A stretch of 48,618 nucleotides of DNA from Candidatus Woesearchaeota archaeon (lineage in GTDB: Archaea; Nanobdellota; Nanobdellia; Woesearchaeales; ARS49): positions 1 to 48,618 of the forward strand of contig JAHWHB010000048.1 in the NCBI GenBank assembly GCA_019323575.1. Reading direction: 5' to 3'. The notes below the pieces were generated by a model. It was not told the origin of the DNA, ran no database searches, and was given only the letters and a program-made list of their open reading frames with translations. Below, piece after piece: positions 44,861 through 48,618 of the stretch. The translations under genes and the position numbers were made by a program. Position 1 is the stretch's first letter. Every line of letters starts with the position of its first letter.

Positions 44861-46288
44861 TCAAAACCTCAACATCAAAACCTGCCTAGTATTCAGATTA
44901 ACAACAGGAACAACACCCGGCTCTGGATCGTGACCAAACTTTTCCTGATAATTAGTCCTTGACTGAAAACAACTGCCACAAACAAGAGTGGTGCCGCGAT
45001 AATGCAAAAAACCTGCCTTATGAATATGACCAGAAAAAAACAAATCAGGAATCTTATCAATAACAAGAGGATCAGAACGCGATTCAGGAATATACAAAGT
45101 ACTGGTGTGCTGAGGGGCAAGATGCCTGCGCTGCAACAAAAACCTCATAATCAAAGGGGCTCTGTCAGAAATATGCTTGCCGCTGTTCTTAATACTAGGA
45201 ACAATCTCACCATAATCATCAAAGCTGAAACCGTGATACATCAAAACATCAAAACCAGGAAAATCAGCAGAAGAATGAATATTAACAAGAGAAGGATTAC
45301 AAACAACAGTCACATTAGGAAGCTCCCAAATAGCCTTAGCATAATCCTTTGAAAGCAAAGGCTGAGGCTCACTAATCCTGCCAGCATCATGATTCCCAGC
45401 ACAGAGAATAACATTAATGGAACCAGGAATACGAGAAAACAAACGAGCACACTCATTATACTGCTCCCTAATATCAGAAATCTCCAGCTCCTTTTCCTGA
45501 TTAGGATAAATCCCAACACCATCAACAAGGTCGCCAGGAATAAAAACATACTTCAATTTAGAAGCAATAACCTTCTCCTCAGGAGCGCCATACTCCCCAT
45601 TAACCCAAGAAAGAAAATTCTCAAACTTCTCACGCTCAAAAAGAGAGGAACCCACATGAATACAGGAAAGAACAGCAGCATAAACCTCATCAGGAGAACG
45701 CTTAGCCTCGGCAATAGGAATGTCAGGAAAAACAAAAGAATTAGCAAAAACAATATTATCACCAAGAGTGCCGGAAACGCCCAACACCTCATCCATAACA
45801 ACATCAGAAGCAAGAGAGTGCAATTCGGGCCTATTTTTAGAAAACAAAACAGGAATACTGCCAGAGGCATCCTCCAAGGTCAAAAGAACGTGCTCGTTCT
45901 TAGTAATACGTTTGTCAGAAACAATGCCAATAATAGAAATAGACTCCCTGTCCTTCTTAGAACGCAAACGAGAGATAGAAGTAAGATTCTGCAGTTCCTG
46001 ACGAGACTGCAAAAACTTCTCAAGCGCGCGATACCGCGCGTTAAAATAATCAACAAAATCCTGAACAGAACGCTTCCTGGGCTTATCATCATACTCAGAA
46101 ACAACACGCACAGGCGATATCTCAGGATTTTCAAACAAGTCAGAAGGCAAAACCCCCTTAGAAAGAGAATCATGCCACTTCTCAGCAACACCAGGCAGAC
46201 TCAACTTAGAAATAATCTCGCGACTAACAAGAACATTATGCTTCAACAAAGCACCAATAACCTCCTTCTTAACAGCTAAGAGCTCCAT
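44861..46288 (-). CDS. dp1: DNA polymerase D small subunit (DP1, Mre11-like phosphoesterase exonuclease)
   Basis: 475 aa. An OB region, then the calcineurin-like motifs FIPGDLVDG, CAGNHD and FFSGHIH. Confidence 0.93.
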   Translation of the reverse strand: MELLAVKKEVIGALLKHNVLVSREIISKLSLPGVAEKWHDSLSKGVLPSDLFENPEISPVRVVSEYDDKPRKRSVQDFVDYFNARYRALEKFLQSRQELQNLTSISRLRSKKDRESISIIGIVSDKRITKNEHVLLTLEDASGSIPVLFSKNRPELHSLASDVVMDEVLGVSGTLGDNIVFANSFVFPDIPIAEAKRSPDEVYAAVLSCIHVGSSLFEREKFENFLSWVNGEYGAPEEKVIASKLKYVFIPGDLVDGVGIYPNQEKELEISDIREQYNECARLFSRIPGSINVILCAGNHDAGRISEPQPLLSKDYAKAIWELPNVTVVCNPSLVNIHSSADFPGFDVLMYHGFSFDDYGEIVPSIKNSGKHISDRAPLIMRFLLQRRHLAPQHTSTLYIPESRSDPLVIDKIPDLFFSGHIHKAGFLHYRGTTLVCGSCFQSRTNYQEKFGHDPEPGVVPVVNLNTRQVLMLRF

Positions 46289-47493
46289 ACCAAATTAAGT
46301 TCCTCAGACAAAATACCCTTAATCCTCTGGATGAGCGCATCGTTAATCCCGATGCTAATCTCGCGAGTGCGGCCATACCTTCCCTTACTGATAACCTTAG
46401 CGTTAATAATGCCAAGCATGTCAAGTTCAGCAATAATATCACTAATACGGCGCTGGGTCAAAGGACGAAGACCAACCTGACTGCAATAACGCTCGTACAA
46501 CGAGTAAATCTCTCCTGTAAAAACACCCTGCTTTTGCCCGCAAGCGTCCAAAATAGAGAACAAAGTAATCTGGTATTGTTTAGGCTGGGTAGCAACAACA
46601 TCAAGAATACGATCCCGCTCAATCTTGTCTTCAGCCAAGTCAAGATGAGCAATACAAACCTTTTTTTCATTCTGACGCTCAGCGAGCTCACCAGCAACAC
46701 GCAACAACTCCAAAGCACGACGCGCATCACCATGCTCACGAGCAGCAAAAGCAGCACACTTCTCGAGAACACCCTCCTCCAAAGTGCCAGGAAAAAAAGC
46801 AAGAAGAGCACGCTGGTGCAAAATGTTCTGAATCTGCTCAGCATTGTACGGAGGGAAAATAAGCTCCTCCTCACTCAAAGAACTCTTAACACGAGGGTCA
46901 AGAGTATCAGTAAAAACAAGATCATTAGAAATACCAACAAGAGTGATCTGGGAATTCTTAAGCTCAGAGTTAATCCTCGTCAGATTGTATAGAAGCTCGT
47001 CGCCAGACTTGCCAACAAGCTGGTCGATCTCATCAAGAATCAACAAAAGAATATGCTTATCAGCATCAAGAGTGTTAAAGAAAAGATGATAAACCTCGTC
47101 GGTAGGAAGACCAGTAGGGGGAATATTTTTACCGTACTCCCTAAGAAGCTGGGCAACAATCCTATACTCAGTATCAGCCAATTTTTTCAACTTACAATTA
47201 AGATAAATAACCTTAATCGGAAGCTGTTTTTGCTTGGAGATTTCAGTAAGCTGCTGAGTGGTATACTTAACAGTCAGAGTCTTACCCGTGCCTGTTTTAC
47301 CATAAATAAAAACATTAGACGGCTTTTCTCCTCTCAAAACAGGAGCAAGAATATTAGCAAGCTGTTGAATCTGCTCATCCCTATGAGAGATTTGAGCAGG
47401 AGAATAATTAGACTGCAAAACAACCTTATTCTTAAAAATCGGTTTTTTCTCGAGATACTTCTCAAAAAAACCCACCAACCCCTTTTCTTTCAT
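46276..47493 (-). CDS. orc1: Orc1/Cdc6 replication initiator
   Basis: 405 aa from the ATG at 47493 (MKEKGLVGFFEKYL...). Walker A GKTGTGKT, Walker B LLILDEID, and a C-terminal winged helix. The TATA box (tttatata on the minus strand, 47517-47524) lies 27 nt upstream. I reject the 85 upstream codons of the track ORF because they translate the AT-rich origin. Confidence 0.9.
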   Translation of the reverse strand: MKEKGLVGFFEKYLEKKPIFKNKVVLQSNYSPAQISHRDEQIQQLANILAPVLRGEKPSNVFIYGKTGTGKTLTVKYTTQQLTEISKQKQLPIKVIYLNCKLKKLADTEYRIVAQLLREYGKNIPPTGLPTDEVYHLFFNTLDADKHILLLILDEIDQLVGKSGDELLYNLTRINSELKNSQITLVGISNDLVFTDTLDPRVKSSLSEEELIFPPYNAEQIQNILHQRALLAFFPGTLEEGVLEKCAAFAAREHGDARRALELLRVAGELAERQNEKKVCIAHLDLAEDKIERDRILDVVATQPKQYQITLFSILDACGQKQGVFTGEIYSLYERYCSQVGLRPLTQRRISDIIAELDMLGIINAKVISKGRYGRTREISIGINDALIQRIKGILSEELNLVWSS

Positions 47494-47499
47494 GTGGAA
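47479..47499 (-). promoter_or_regulatory. ORB-like box 1 (overlaps the orc1 start codon)
   Basis: The plus strand reads CCCC-ttttc-TTTCATGTGGAA. This matches box 2 at 11 of 12 dyad positions with identical 5-nt spacing to the C/G string. Confidence 0.55.
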
Positions 47500-47516
47500 A
47501 AAGGCAAGGGAGTTAG

Positions 47517-47524
47517 TATATAAA
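47517..47524 (-). promoter_or_regulatory. TATA box of orc1/cdc6
   Basis: Reads tttatata on the minus strand, 27 nt upstream of the ATG at 47493 (leaderless). Confidence 0.5.
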
Positions 47525-47539
47525 TGTTTGTAATCACCA

Positions 47540-47561
47540 CCCCCTAACATTTCCTGTGGAA
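47540..47561 (-). promoter_or_regulatory. ORB-like box 2
   Basis: The minus strand reads TTCCACAGGAAA-tgtta-GGGGG. The dyad differs only in its two central bases from the archaeal mini-ORB core TTCCAGTGGAAA, and a G-string follows. Confidence 0.6.
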
Positions 47562-47625
47562 CCGGCAAGTGTTGTGTTGTTGTTTTTATGAGTGAAAAAG
47601 AGAAAAAAAGACGAAAAACAACACC

Positions 47626-47671
47626 TTTATAATATTTTTCTATATAAATAATAAATAATAATATAAAAAAA
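47626..47671. other. A/T-only stretch, candidate DNA unwinding element
   Basis: 45 of 46 nt are A or T (tttataatatttttctatataaataataaataataatataaaaaaa). It is bracketed by ORB boxes of opposite orientation. A 10-bp inverted repeat (47578-47587 / 47614-47623) lies just to its left. Confidence 0.5.
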
Positions 47672-47697
47672 CAAACCACAATACATACATATGGGAT

Positions 47698-47719
47698 TTG
47701 CACAAGAAGCAGAGGGGGG
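47698..47719 (+). promoter_or_regulatory. ORB-like box 3 (degenerate, inverted relative to boxes 1 and 2)
   Basis: TTGCACAAGAAG-caga-GGGGGG. It matches 9 of 12 positions of the box 2 dyad with the same spacing to the G-string. The half-palindrome CGTCGATAT follows at 47726-47734. Confidence 0.4.
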
Positions 47720-47772
47720 TATTGCCGTCGATATTTAGTTTTTGCCACTCCCTAATAGCAAAAACAGAAAGG

Positions 47773-47780
47773 TTTATATA
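47773..47780 (+). promoter_or_regulatory. TATA box of the trmB-like gene
   Basis: ggTTTATATAgggg lies about 56 nt upstream of the ATG at 47836. Confidence 0.45.
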
Positions 47781-47802
47781 GGGGTTATACCTACGCAAGA
47801 GT

Positions 47803-47824
47803 AATAACAACACATTGTGTTATT
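47803..47824. promoter_or_regulatory. Inverted repeat AATAACA-N8-TGTTATT near the predicted trmB-like transcription start
   Basis: 7-bp arms at 47803-47809 and 47818-47824, about 25-45 nt downstream of the TATA box. Candidate auto-operator. Confidence 0.3.
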
Positions 47825-47835
47825 GAGGATGAAAA

Positions 47836-48618
47836 ATGATTGTTCAAAAGGATTTTTTAAACAGGCTTAAGGATTTTGGTTTGAACAGCTACGAAGCAAA
47901 ACTGTGGACCGCACTTCTATCGAGAGGAGTGGCAACCGCAGGAGAACTTTCTGACATCGCTAACGTGCCAAGAAGCAGAAGCTACGACGTACTAGAAAGC
48001 TTAGAAAGAAAAGGATTTGTAATAATGAAACTAGGCAAGCCAATTAAATATATAGCTGTGCCTCCAGCAGAAGTCCTCGAGAGAGTCAAGAAAACAATCC
48101 AAGAAGACGCAACAAAACAAGTACAGTTACTTGATACACTAAGAAAAAGTGAAGTTCTAGGAGAACTAAACACACTCCACAAACAAGGAATAGAACTTGT
48201 AGAACCTGCAGAACTAACAGGAGCAGTAAAAGGCAGAGTAAACCTGTATAACCATCTTGCATCCTCAATAAAAAATGCAGAAAAAACAATCAATATCATA
48301 ACAACCGCACCTGGTTTGACACGCAAATCAGAGACGCTAAAAAACGCTTTCCAAAAAGCGAAAGAAAAAGGAGTGAGAATAAGAATAATATCGCCTGCAC
48401 AACCAAACCAGGCAAAAACACTAAGCTCCGTAGCACAAGTAAGGCAGACAGAAGCAATACCAGCAAGATTCTGCGTAATAGACGGAAAACAAATAACATT
48501 CATGATACTAGACGACGCAGACATACATCCAAACTACGACTTCGGAGTATGGGTTAACGCTGCAGGCTTTGCAAAAAGCTTTGACAACATATTCAACTTA
48601 ATCTGGGACAAACACTAA
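47836..48618 (+). CDS. TrmB-family transcriptional regulator
   Basis: 260 aa. N-terminal wHTH LKDFGLNSYEAKLWTALLSRGVATAGELSDIANVPRSRSYDVLESLERKGFV, a coiled-coil linker and a C-terminal effector-like domain. The stop is at the last base of the window. Confidence 0.8.
   Translation: MIVQKDFLNRLKDFGLNSYEAKLWTALLSRGVATAGELSDIANVPRSRSYDVLESLERKGFVIMKLGKPIKYIAVPPAEVLERVKKTIQEDATKQVQLLDTLRKSEVLGELNTLHKQGIELVEPAELTGAVKGRVNLYNHLASSIKNAEKTINIITTAPGLTRKSETLKNAFQKAKEKGVRIRIISPAQPNQAKTLSSVAQVRQTEAIPARFCVIDGKQITFMILDDADIHPNYDFGVWVNAAGFAKSFDNIFNLIWDKH

Noticed and set aside
47494-47748. The 85-codon N-terminal extension of the orc1/cdc6 ORF (MAKTKYRRQYPPLLLVQIPYVCIVV...).
   Set aside because: It translates the AT-rich origin and promoter region, is hydrophobic junk, and contains the TATA box. 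The homologous Orc1/Cdc6 sequence begins at MKEKGLVGFF (ATG 47493), 27 nt after the TATA box.
47836-47940. The locally reversed base bias at the 5' end of the trmB-like gene, read as the replication skew switch point.
   Set aside because: The reversal lasts only ~100 nt, and the rest of the gene returns to the A+C-rich pattern. There is too little sequence right of the candidate origin to call a switch.

Overview
This is archaeal chromosomal DNA, probably from a reduced-genome DPANN-type archaeon. That placement rests on gene content (fused PriS-PriL primase, PolD, gyrase, and no adk or Rpp29 in their usual slots), not on any search. The window is densely packed with informational genes.

Main contents:
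- A partial RNase P RNA at the left edge.
- gyrA followed by a THUMP methyltransferase-like gene.
- An ScpB operon, and one intron-containing tRNA-Leu(CAA).
- RNase J, PCNA, Hef, HtpX and a fused PriS-PriL primase.
- A complete 24-gene L3-to-SecY ribosomal cluster, followed by a YidC-like DUF106 insertase.
- TBP, MCM, an RPA32-like OB-fold protein and aIF2-beta.
- An orc1/cdc6-DP1-DP2-Nudix operon lying next to an ORB/DUE-type candidate replication origin.
- A TrmB-like regulator at the right edge.

I recognised no CRISPR array, transposase, integrase or known defence system.

The most unusual signals are:
1. The given strand is A+C-rich in genes of both orientations. Plus- and minus-strand genes therefore use mirror-image codon sets. 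The T-poor strand also explains the many spurious ORFs in the six-frame track.
2. An 860-bp island (17199-18060) lacks that bias. It carries two convergent, overlapping genes for secreted Cys-rich proteins.
3. ORB-like Orc1/Cdc6 boxes occur at the candidate origin and also against the mcm TATA box.
4. An exact 12-bp palindrome, TTATCGACGATA, flanks tbp. Half-sites occur at the gyrA, cdc6 and eif2b promoters.
5. Three tandem paralogous small coiled-coil proteins have no family I can name.
6. A GC-rich, probably structured leader lies ahead of the L3 operon.

All calls come from reading the sequence and from remembered family motifs. No database search was run.
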